A stretch of DNA of 64,000 bases, from NCBI RefSeq assembly GCF_009914755.1, contig NC_060944.1, one strand, 5' to 3'. Position 1 is the stretch's first letter. Each line of letters opens with the position of its first letter. The notes below the pieces were generated by a model. That model was not told the origin of the DNA, ran no database searches, and saw only the letters and a program-made list of their open reading frames with translations. Source of the stretch: the human T2T-CHM13v2.0 reference genome, Homo sapiens. Positions 27,296 to 39,266 of this stretch are shown here, in pieces. The position numbers and the translations under genes were made by a program.

Positions 27296-28039
27296 ATCAG
27301 CATGGCCGGCCTTCAAGCAGCTCACAGCAGCTCAGATAACGCACCTCACACCCCAAATTTCAAAATGACTCTCCCTTCTGCGACCACACTGGGAGGCTCA
27401 GGCACCTAAAATTAAACTCATCTGGCAAAGAGGCACTTAGTGTTCTCTCTCACTGTCAACTGTGGCGTCCTTGGATGAGGCTTTTCTCTCTGTATAATTT
27501 CCAGGATCCCCCATGGCCAGGGCTCAGGCATAGAAGGAGGATCTCAGCCCTAAGTGGCCTCATGAGACTCAGCGGCCAGCCCCCCACATCAGCTGCTGGA
27601 GCACCCCTGCACTGTGCACACCTGGCTCTCTCAGTCCACGGGGAGGGTATCAGAACCACTCCAGGAACTGCCGCCTGAGCCCTGGCAGCAGCTGGTGGTT
27701 AATAGGAGGGGATTATCGCCTTGGCCCTGGGATGGGCCCCACAAAAGGCTCCGGCTCAGCTCCAGCTGCTGCTACAGGTGCCCAGCAGCCCTGATCAGGG
27801 CAGGCAGGGCCAGGTGGTCTCTAGACACAAAGTATGTACCACCTGCATACCCAGCAGTTCGTAAATTGCTGGGCCTGGAAAGTTAAGTTATAGGTTGGGC
27901 TGTGGCCAACAGAGGCAGAGGACACAGGGCCATAAGGCAGAAGAGTGACACAAGGGGGACCTGGAGAACAATTGTGGCAGCAATGCCGAGAAAGGCTTTA
28001 AGGCATTGGGCCAAGCATAGCTGGGTAAGGACACGGTGA

Positions 28040-28400
28040 GGGGCTTTGGGCCCTAGCGTGTCAGACTTGCACCCGAGGTTGGACTAGGTCCAAGTCTTCA
28101 TAGGCCCTGGGAATCTGGATTTTATTCTGTAGGCAACAAGCGATGCCTAGGAAGGAGCGTTTGAATTTGAGAAAAAGATTTCAGGATGCCCAGGGGGATG
28201 CGGCTGGAAGCAGGCAGACCAGCTGGCCTGGACCCTGGTCCTAAGAGCCTATCCCCGCTGGGTCCTAAGAGCCCAGGACCAGGATCTGGGCCCGAGTATT
28301 CAGGAAGCTGAGCTGGTGGGAGAGAGGCCCAGGTGTCAACCCAGGGACTCTGGCAATGGAACCTGAAACAGCATGGACTTGAGGGCTTGGGGAAGAACTC
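28040..28400 (+). mobile_element. Old L2-like fragment
   Basis: TGGATTTTATTCTGTAGGCAA...GGCTGGAAGCAGGCAGACCAG motifs. Confidence 0.45.
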
Positions 28401-31400
28401 CAGTGGCAAAAACTCTCATTTCCTAAGAGATTGTCCAGATCAGTTCTGAGGGTGCCTCCCTCAGACACACACATGTAGTCTGAATAGCTGCTGCCTCCGG
28501 GCCTGCACGGGGTGACTCCAGACAGTGCAGACCAAGGCACCCAGCATGGCTGCCCAAGCCAGATCGCAATCTTGGCGTGCCTTCCACGCCCTGTAGTCCC
28601 CAGTCACCCGACCCAAACTCAGGTCTGCTGTAAGAAGGTGAAGACCCTGGGGCCCCAGGAAAGGGCTCCCACATGCCTCCTGGAAGCCCAGCACCACGCA
28701 AGCAGTCATCAGCCTCTGCAGACCAAGATTCAGAGGCTGAGGACAAGCTCCCCATTCCTGCTGACCCAAAGCCAAGGGCATCTCTGTCTCTCTCAACCTG
28801 AGGAGCCGGCTCCCTTCAGGGTCCCACCCCGAGGTGGGACGCAAGACGCTCTCTAGGGAGGAGCTCCGGCCAACATCACTGCTGGCCTCTAACTGCTCGT
28901 TCTTGGACTGTGGCCGTGAAGGCTCCTCCTGAGCCTGTGGGGGAAGTGAGCTTTATGAGACCCTGGAGGAAATGAAGATCTACCAAATGCTCCTGGAGGC
29001 AAACTGCGACTCCTGCTCTCACTCATTGCTCATCTGCCCACAGCTGAGGCAGGCCCTGGGCAGTGCACAAACAGTGGACTCCAGGCCCAGCTCAGGCCAC
29101 AGAGCCCGGCCTTGCCCAAGCGCTGCTCAGCGCTCCTGACAGGAAGCAGGCCAAGGAGGCGCAGCTGCACTTGACCCCAAATGCCACAAACGGTCACATC
29201 CGCAGCTTTAAGGGCAATGGAGCTCAGTACAAATAATGTCAAGAACAACCCAATTCAGGGCCTTTCAATCAGTCCTTTTCCTTTAGTTGGAGAAAAACGT
29301 AATCGGCTACAAACTTGGGGACTGGTATATTTAATGGTATCTAATGGAATTTAAAATATCCTATAGATTGAAGAACTGTTTTCCTCTTTAAAGTTTTGTT
29401 TTTTCCTCCAAATTTCAACAAAACCAATTTTATACCTGGAGTTAAAAAAAACCCACATCACAATGTTTTTAAAAGAACGACAATTCCTGGAGGACCTCTG
29501 GGCAAGGCCCTTCCCAAGGCACACAGGCTGGCCCAAGGAGAATACAGTTTAAACAGCAATTAGGACTCTACCTAATGCCTGCAGAAAACGGCAGGGGATT
29601 TTTAATCCCAGGCTGTCTGACCACAGCCGTCTGGGGGCAGTGACCGGAGTCCCAGCCTCAACACGTTTTCAAGTGGCTGAAAAGAGATTTCTGGAAGAGT
29701 GTCATCTAGCAGCTTCTCACACTGATACTTGGCTCGCTTCCCTAGGGGATGTTTTTGTTCTTCTTTAAAAAAAGAAGAAGAAAAGAAAAAGTTGGGTTTG
29801 AAGAACTTCCACAGAAAGTGAATAAAGGGTCATAAGCCCCAGAGAGTTTTCTTCAGAGCTTCAGACCCTGAGAAACTGAGTTAGGTTCAAAAGAAAAAGT
29901 ATCTGACTTGATCTCCGTGTACACCTCTCTGTGCAACTGCCGGCGAGAAGGGCACAGGGGCACCTGCCGGGCAGGGCGGGGGCCTCGGGAGGGGCTGCCC
30001 ACACCGGCCGCTCTGCCATCTGCTGGTCATGTGCATGACTTCTGGGAAGTCTGAGCTTTGCTTTCTGCTTCTGTCAAACAGGTAAAAATTCAAATCCACC
30101 TTAGAGAATTGCACGAGGGATAAAGGCATGGAAACCAGCCTCCTAAACTGCACATCTGAACAAACACCTGGCTGGGGAGAGCAGTGGCGTCAGACCTGCT
30201 GTGCTAAGCAGCGCTGGGTTTGGAGCAAAGCAGGCTACACATGGGGAGGACAGGCGTGGGTGGGTGGGTGGGTGAGGAGCTGGGAGCAAGGGGTGTTCCC
30301 ATCACGAAGTCAAATTGTTTAAGGGCCCTGCTACCCTAGACACCTTGAATACCGTTTCCTGGGGGCTTGACAACTCTTCCCCATACCCCCTGACCTGTGA
30401 CCCCAGCCCCATTAGATTGCAGAACACGACTTGGGATTTTAGGTTACATTTCCTATTGTAGGGGTAGAATGGGGGCTCAGCGAGACTGCACACGACACAG
30501 AGCTCACAGGCCCCCTCCCACCACGGCACTGCCAGGCTCCAGAATGTGGGAACTGCCTTTAACTTCCCACCTTACCTCAGTTCATGAATGCCTCCCAGAT
30601 GCCTGTGTGCTAGGGCTGGGACACGCACTGGCCTCCTTCTGGAGGCCTCAGAAGAGCTGGCACTACCTTTCCTCATTCCAGACCCCAAAAGGAGCAACGT
30701 GTTCCTTGCTGCTCCTCAGAGGACACAGGGCTGCCTCAAAACACCCAGAAGGATGAGAGTTCCATCAGCTTTGGTATAATGAGGGCCTGTTTATTTGACT
30801 TAGAGACACATAATGGAGTTGTTTCTTCTCCATAAAAAAAAAAAAGTTATAGAAAAACTGGAAAATGCAGAAGGGTGAAAGGAAGATACTAACATTTACC
30901 CATAATCCTACCTCCCAAAGGTGGCCTCTTTTTCCCACATGGACTTATCTGACAACGTGGCAAGAATGGGCCTCTGAAATGCCTGTTTCTGAGTGTTTGC
31001 CACCTCATGGAGGTTGGGTGGGTTCTCCTGGGCCATGACACAATGGTCTCTCTGGCCACAGAGTAAAACTGGCTTGCATCAGCAGGCTGGGGAAAGAGGG
31101 CCCCGCAGAAAGCAGGCCCACAGCCAAGACAGAAGTGCCATGTCCCCAGGGTTACCCACCCCCGTCCATTAGGCAGAAAGGTCACAGGTCCTTGGGTGAG
31201 CTCCAGACTCCCCAAGAGTGCAACAAGTACCCTGCATCCCCGCATCCCCTGAGTGACGTGCTAGCAGAGGTAATGAGGAAACACCTGTTTCCAACCAGCA
31301 GCAACAATGAGTGAAGCAAGCTCCAGTTAAAAGTACACTGTTCTGGAGCTCATGCTAACTGTGGGGTCTTCAGAATGTACATATGTACTTCCTCAGTCTA

Positions 31401-31959
31401 CGCCCACACTGTAGGATCCAGACTTGATTCCAGGTGCTGGGTGGGACAGCTCTCCTGCCAGTGTAACACCCAGATGGTGATTAGTACAAGATCAGGGCAG
31501 CCCAGGTGGGAGGCAAACCAGCATAATCCTGCAAACAAAGACTCAATCTGAGGATAAAAATAGATTTTTTTAAAAACCAACACCACTGCATACACACACG
31601 TCTTGTGTTAGAAACTTGACTTTCCTAATAGACACTGTGCATAGGTGCTCAGTTAACTATCGGAGAACAAACCAGCTAAAGCCTGGACACGTGCGTCAGC
31701 TGACAGTACCCGGAACACGGGGAAGCTTCCATTCTGGGGAATTTCCACTTCTCGAGGATCCCATCAATTTCCTCCTCTCCAAATATTTAGTAAAGAATTT
31801 GTGCCTTTCATTTCCAAAGAAAGAGGCTTTCTCCTTATCCCACGTCTGGGTTTATAATGCTCCCTGCTCCCCAAACTTCCTGAAGTTAGAATCATTCCCA
31901 GAGTAGCACAGCAGCACCGTGTGAGGAGTGCTGAGTCAGAAAACAAATCTTGTGGGCCT

Positions 31960-32450
31960 CTCATCGTAAATTGTGAAACGTTTCTGGAAAGCAATGCAGC
32001 ACTGTCTTCCTAAATTAAAAACGTACCCACCTTTTGACTTGACAATTACTTATCTAGGACTTTATTTTGTAGAGACACACAACAGTGTATGTACATCATT
32101 GCAGCATTAATTTTAGCTGCAAAATAGCTGCACACTACTTAAATGTCATTTAAATAAATTACAATACAGTCATGCTAGGGAATATTATGCAGCTGAATGT
32201 GGCAGTTTCGCAGGTGCAATACGGAAAGATGTCACCAACACACTGTTAAGCAGACAGCAGTGTGCACTGCAGCTCCCGTTTGTGGGTGCCCATGTGAAGA
32301 GCACAATGAATTTACCCCCCCGCCCCTCCACCCCCGGGAAGCGGATGGTGATTGGGATGGAGCAAAAAGACTTTCTATTTTCACCTTCCATGCCTCCATA
32401 CTGTGAATTTTGTTTGCTGGAAACACATATTTATGTAATAATAAATTGTA
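31960..32450 (+). mobile_element. Old L1M 3'-end fragment
   Basis: TTTCTGGAAAGCAAT...TTTGAC...CATTGCAGCATT...GGAATATTATGCAGCT typical of L1ME 3' UTR. Confidence 0.55.
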
Positions 32451-32861
32451 AAAGGCAAGGATTAGGAAGGCAGGTGTTCTCTGTCAAATACAGCCATGGA
32501 CAAGTGGTAAAAACCCGCTGCAGGGCCCCCATCTGCTCTTGGAGGAAAATCAGAGCAGAAGTTCTGGAAGAGCTCCAGCCTGGGTCTGCAAAAGCATGTC
32601 CTGGGCCTACCACTCCTGCCAGGTCTCCCTCTGGGGCACCTGTCAGCAGGGGGCCCTGCTGGACCAGCCAGGTAACAGGTAGGGCTAGGAAGACTGAAGA
32701 AGCACTTCAAGTCTCTGGTGGAGCCCAGCTCCAGTACTGGTTTTGCTGCTAATCTGTCCTGTGCTATGGGCCAGCCACAGCCTCTGTGCAACACCAACAC
32801 AGGTCTGCACAGACCGGCTAGTGATCCAAGAGGCCACCTCCTTTCAGAAGGTCCTGTTTAG

Positions 32862-33073
32862 AGCACTGCTGTGCAAAACTTTCTGCTCTGACTGAGATGA
32901 TCTGTCTCTGCACTGTGTAAGGGGAGCCACTAGCCACATGTGACTAGTAGGCACTTGGAATGTGGCTAGTGTGACTGAGGAATGGAATCTTTAATTTTAT
33001 TTACTTCTGACTGATTTAGGTGATAATTTAAATGCTCCCATGTGACCAGTGCCTCCCATATGGGACAGCACAG
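32862..33073. mobile_element. MER3-like DNA transposon
   Basis: AACTTTCTG...GCCACTAGCCACATGTG...CACTTGGAATGTGGCTAGTGTGACTGAGGAA...GGACAGCACAG. Confidence 0.8.
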
Positions 33074-34097
33074 CCCTAGGCCCTACACCTCCCCTGCCCA
33101 AGTCAAGGCCTCCTGGACTCATGGGAGGAGTTCCCGTCCTGGCCTGCTCCACACCGGTGATCTAGAACCCACTGCCAAGCACCTCCCAGATCCCCGCAGC
33201 ACAGCCCTCATGCCACCTCACCCCTCCCACCCAACACACTCACACCCACAGGTCCCTGTGTTTCTAGATGCCCAGGGCCAGTCAGCCCACCCGGAGTTCT
33301 GCCTACAGTTGCCTCAGGTTGGGCACACATGACCCCCAGAGAAGCTGGAGTGGGCAGGCCCCAGACTGACAGGAAGCTCAGCCCCAGCAGAGGGGCAACG
33401 AGGCACAAGGCAGCCAGTGGGGGCCGCCGCAGCCTTTCCAACAAAGGGAGGAACCCACGGTCTAACGTGTCTCATCCGGGCTTGCTCACCAGGCAACATG
33501 GTCACAGCCGCCAATGTTAAGTGGAAATCCAAATAATTCTGGAACATGAAAACTCCACATATAAGACGTAGCAAGGGTGAAACCAATTCCACAAGCCACT
33601 GGTGAAAACCCATGCTGTGGACTCACAGATTTCTGCCTCATACCCTCGGGCACCACAGCTCATGGCTAACTGAAAACCAAGAAAATCATCCGAGGGCACA
33701 GAGACAAGGTGGGAAATCACTGCAAGTGATGAAGTGTGCCCGGAGCAGAGAAGGGCCTTTGCAAGGCAAAACGGCCAAGCATCCAGAGAGCGCCACCGAC
33801 AACTGACTGCAGTGGTGGGAATTCTGCCAGATGCAGCTACATGCCCACCGTGCCCAGCGCGCCCTCGGGCTCTCCCCTGTGTTCGTGTTATTTGTGTGTG
33901 GGAAAAGCAGACTAACTGTGAGGAGAGGTGCACACTTCACTGAGCCCACCCAGGGCCTCTGTCCTTTACAGTCAGAGCTGCAAAGCAGCTGGGAGCTATG
34001 CAGACAGACCTTCTTGCACACGCCACCTGGCAGTGGCTTAGGGGTTGGGCCCCCCACCCATGCTGTTAGTAAGAAGATGGTAGCCACAAATGAATCA

Positions 34098-34572
<475 letters not shown>

Positions 34573-35854
34573 TCACAACCCCCAGCCACCAAAGACCAAT
34601 GTTGATGGGGACATTAATATCAGATACCCACCAGCACAGACTAGAGAAAAGCACACTGCACAGTTAAACAGTAATGCACAAACGCATTTTTGTCTGTTTT
34701 GGTTTGATAATGGCCATGCAGGGTCTGACCACTGCACTAAAGGACACAACAAAAGGACAGGGCTCTCCACCCCAATCGCTACCCGCTCAGACTGGTGTGG
34801 GCCGTCCACGTAACATAGACTCGACCTCCTCACATCCCAGGGCCGGCACCCTCCCTTCACAGTCTCCCTGTAGGAGAGCCTTTGTCATTCCAGGACTCAA
34901 ATGTCCCCTACATCCTGAGTGTGACCCCATGATGGAACTGGTGGCAGCAGGTGCTGAGTGTGAAGCATCTTAAGCCAGAGTCCTAAATGCTTCTTCTTGT
35001 ACAGATGCTGCTCCCCCAGTGAGAAGATCTCTACCTGGGACCACGCAACTCCAGACACATTAAGGACTTACGGGTTTTCTGTGGATAAACTTGGAGGCTT
35101 ACCAATATGCACTACTGATTCTGTGGAAAAGAAGTAGACTGAATACATTGCTTGTTAACTGGGATTTCAAATACCTTGAATTTCGGGCCTTACCACTCAA
35201 TCACGTGTGTGTTTGCTAGTGACTCCCTTCCATGTTCATAAATGCCTCCTTTCATCTGTCCTGAGCTTTTGCTGCTTGAGCATCATGGAATCAGGGAGGG
35301 TCTCTTCACTGTGGCTGGAGCTCTGGACCCATCACCAAGTCCACACTGCCCTATCAACAATCCTGGGTGACTCTATAGCCTGTGCCATTATATAAACCAC
35401 CCTCAGCCCCTAAGGTCTGTCCACTGTGGCTCTCGGGTCCTTCTCTGCACTTCACCCCCGAACTACTGAGATGAACCCACAGGCAGAGGCCTGCGGTGCT
35501 GAGCTATGTCCAGAGACAGCAAGCAGGAGCAGGAGTTCCAGCAGCCCCTGCCTTCCAGGGATCTTTCTCAGTTGTTTTAACATCTGGAATTAAGGAAGTA
35601 TCATTATTCCTTTATTTTTCACAATGGCAAAGAGAGTATTTAAGATAATATATCAAGACCCAATTTTATCTCTCTAAAATAATTTCTGAAGGGCATTATA
35701 TCAGGAAGGTTTTAATAGGAAATTCTTTGCTTCATCAGTTCGTTGGAATTCCTGTCCCAGTAGCATTAATGAAGGCTTTCCAAAGGGCGTTCCCAGCTCC
35801 AGGGGGCGCTGTCACAAACACAAGATCTAGGGTCTTCAGCGTTGCTTTCTGACT

Positions 35855-35985
35855 TTTATTTTTTTCTTTCTTTTTAACATTTCTTATAGAAACCAGGTCT
35901 CACTATGTTGCCCAGGCTGGAACTCCTGGGCTCAAGTGATCTTCCCAGGGGCTGAGGATAACAGGAGTGGGCCACAACGCCCAGC
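35855..35985 (-). mobile_element. FLAM/Alu monomer, degenerate
   Basis: GGTCTCACTATGTTGCCCAGGCTGG...CTCCTGGGCTCAAGTGATC. Confidence 0.75.
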
Positions 35986-36562
35986 TGCTTTTTGACTTTT
36001 GAAGAGAAAACTACTACTACATTGAAGAAAAAAATCAGAAAGGAATTGTACTGTATTTCCTACAGTTACGGTTTATCTTGTTATCACTCATTTAATGTCT
36101 CTGCCTTCCACTGTTCTTGAGGCATCTAAAGAATTTGGCACCCGACTTCTCCAATGAAAAGTCACATTGTGACCACGTGACCATGTCTTTGCAGGTTACT
36201 ATGGGATCTTCACAGGCATCACTGTTAGTGGCTGCACTGTGTCTGGGTGAGCCGCATGCACCGAGGCCCTTGGGGTGGTCCGAGGGACACCCCAGCCACT
36301 CACCCACAGACCTGGCTGCCACAGTTTACACTGTTTCCTGAGGGGAGTCCAGGAGAAGAAGAAAAACTACTCATCCCTTTGAGGCTCTTGATACATTTCA
36401 CAAAATTGCTTTTCAAAATGGTCACACAATTTACAATGCCAGCATTTAAAAATATACATTATATATTTATATTAACGGTTTTTAAATAAAGCTTATTTGC
36501 TTTAATGTGAGTTTTTGAAACTGCTAGTTAAATGATGATGTCTCCTGGATCCTGACTGGCCC

Positions 36563-36701
36563 CACATGTGGTACGTGGGACCCACAGCATCAGCAGCTCC
36601 CAGGAACTGCTTAGAAATGCAGAATCTCAGGCCCCACCTGGGAGCTGCTGAGTCACAAGATCCTGGGTGATTCATCTGCATAACAAAGTTTAAGAAGCAC
36701 T
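36563..36701. mobile_element. MER5A-like fragment
   Basis: CAGCATCAGCA...TTAGAAATGCAGAATCTCAGGCCCCACC...GGTGATTC...AAGTTTAAGAAGCACT. Confidence 0.75.
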
Positions 36702-38217
36702 TCAGGAGGGGACGTCTCCAGGATCCTCACGGTGTCTGGGGAGTGGCCCAAATCCACCGCAGATGGCCCTGAAGATGCCTTTGTACATCAACCATGGGAA
36801 AACAGGCCTGAGATTCCTCAGTGCTAATTCAAGAAACGAAAATAGAAAGTCCAAGAAAGAACTTTCCCCATGTTTTCTAGACTGCCGACACTGTGAAGAA
36901 GAAAGAAACCACCTTGCGGGCGGCATGTTGGTGGCACGTGTGGCCCTGTCTCTGCCTCTTCCTTGTGGTTGCACAGCCCTGCGTGGCTGTGTGTCAAGCT
37001 CCCCCATGTCAGCCTTGGTGACTTCTTCTCATGACAATGTCAGAGTGGCCATCTTCCACCATCTGGGCTAACCCATATTCATTTTTTTTCAAATTAAATC
37101 TATTTCATCCAAACCTTAAATTTTTATAGAGGCAAGTGCTTGGCGGGTCTAAGAAGACTTTTCCAAATTATGAATATATGAACACACTGCCCTAGATCAT
37201 CTGCTGAACGTTTCCTTCCCTACTGCAATATGATGCTTCTCTCATTCAAGTTCTCAGTCAGTTTCAGAGCCTTCTATTCCCCTACTTGTAATTACAACAG
37301 TTGGGAGACGTTCACACATTGACAGGACTGGCCTTCTAAAATCCACTGTAAAAAAATCTGTTCAATTATTCTTACCTATTTTTCCCTCAGATGGGACTTT
37401 TGGAATAATCCGTCAAGTTAGGGGGAAAATCTCAAGAAAGTTTGGCTGGAATAATGGTAGACCACTAAATTAACTTGAAAATTACTATCCTTTCATCGAT
37501 AATATTTCATCTTCTTCTCCTGGAATATGGGTTTTGTTTTCTTGGTTCCAACTTTATCACCCCACTCAAGCTGTTGTGTTACGTTCACAGAGGTCACACG
37601 TAGGTCTCATCCCTAACAAGGTTCTTTATTACCTGCAAATTAGAACAATTTTGTCTTCCTTTCCAATATTATCATCACACTTCTGTTTTGTATCTCGTTT
37701 CAAATGTCTAAAACCACACGAAATAACAATGACCATGGGATGCAGGAAGCTGTGGACATGCCTGATGTGGAAGAACCAAGTAAAAGCTGATTCTCAGCTC
37801 CATCCCCAGCTTTGAATCAAGTGGAACATCATGTTAAAGAAAGGGCAGTGCGTCGCCTGCCAGCCTCTGGAAGTAGGGCTGAGGCCAGAGCGTCTGGGTT
37901 TTCAAAGGGCTTTCAAGGCCACCTGATCTGGGCTGGGCAGCTGGTCGCTGGCTTCCCACAGGAGCCTACAGCCGCTCACAGGGGACAGGGCCTCTCACAC
38001 GGAGCAGGGGGCTGCTGCCCCAGCAAATGGCCCATCAAAAACAGCAGAAGGAGGAAACCCCACGAAGGTAATAGCCTGACAGAGGCAAGATAGGGAAGCC
38101 CAGCTAAAGACACAGGGCCTGTGCAGCCCGACACAGGTACAAACATTTCACACCTCCTAAGATACCCTTCGTCAACACAAATGCAATTATTTTTCCAAAT
38201 CAGCTAATGGCTATTTA

Positions 38218-38322
38218 AAAACAAGAAAAGAAAAGAAAGGAAAAAAGAAAAGAAAAGAAAGGAAAAAAGAAAAGGAAAGGAGAGGAGAGGAGAGGAAAGG
38301 AAAGGAGAGGAGAGAAAGAAAA
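38218..38322. repeat. Polypurine simple repeat (GAAAA/GGAAA/GGAGA)n
   Basis: About 100 nt essentially all purine on + strand. Confidence 0.92.
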
Positions 38323-38701
38323 CATAAGTGAAACTGAATGAATGACAAACATGAAACAGGAACTCCCTGGACCAATTTCTACAGTAATATACACTAAACA
38401 GATAAAGGTAAACCAGTGCTTCATATGATCACATATATATCTATGTAATCCAGTGTTTATGTTAATGCTCTATAATGCTTTACCAAATGACTAGGGTGGC
38501 GCAGGGGAAGGAGAAGGCAGAAGAGGAAAGAATGCAACTGCTCCTTAAAAACACCTTCCTACCATCATTCACTCAACAAGCACAGATACCCGAGTCAGGC
38601 TGCACAAAAGCATCAGGTGAGGCAAGAACATCGAACAGGCTGACAGAACGCAGCCAGACAGTTAAGAAAGACTTGCCAACACGCAGAACTCTTCTACACT
38701 G

Positions 38702-39186
38702 TGTGGTGGACAGAATTATTGCTCCTAATTCCTCACCTCTCCTTGTGCTCCCATATGTTTAAGACATGCCAAGACACGGACCTGTTGCTCACTCCTCACC
38801 TCTCCTTTCTCACATCACCTTGCAGTCCCTTCTCCCTGGACACAGTGGACTCCCTGCCCCTTGACTCAGGCTCAGACACATCACTTGATCTGGTCAATGA
38901 AATGCTGACTTGAAATGCCCTTTTGTGCCTCTGTTGTAACTATGAAGGGCCTCTGCCCTGGAGGGCGCCAGAAGGACCACACATGGAACTGACCTGAGCT
39001 CAACCTGTAGCAAAGAGTCACCAACCCAGTTAAAACCAGATTGAGGCAGAGCCACCAACCGAGAAAGCTCACATCTGCCAACCTCCAGAAGCATGAGCAA
39101 CAATAAATGACTGCTGTTGAAGGCCACTGAATTTTTTTTTGAATGTTTGTTACGCAGCCTTATTATGACAATAGCTGACTGATACA
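38702..39186 (+). mobile_element. MLT1-type (ERVL-MaLR) solo LTR
   Basis: TGTGGTGG start; 3' end AATAAATGACTGCTGTT...GTTTGTTACGCAGC...AATAGCTGACTGATACA. Confidence 0.7.
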
Positions 39187-39266
39187 GGTGGCACTCCCCG
39201 AGAGAATCCATAAGTCATTTAAAGACAGCCTTTCCTTCTAAGTTCATAAAGAAATCAGTTACTTAC

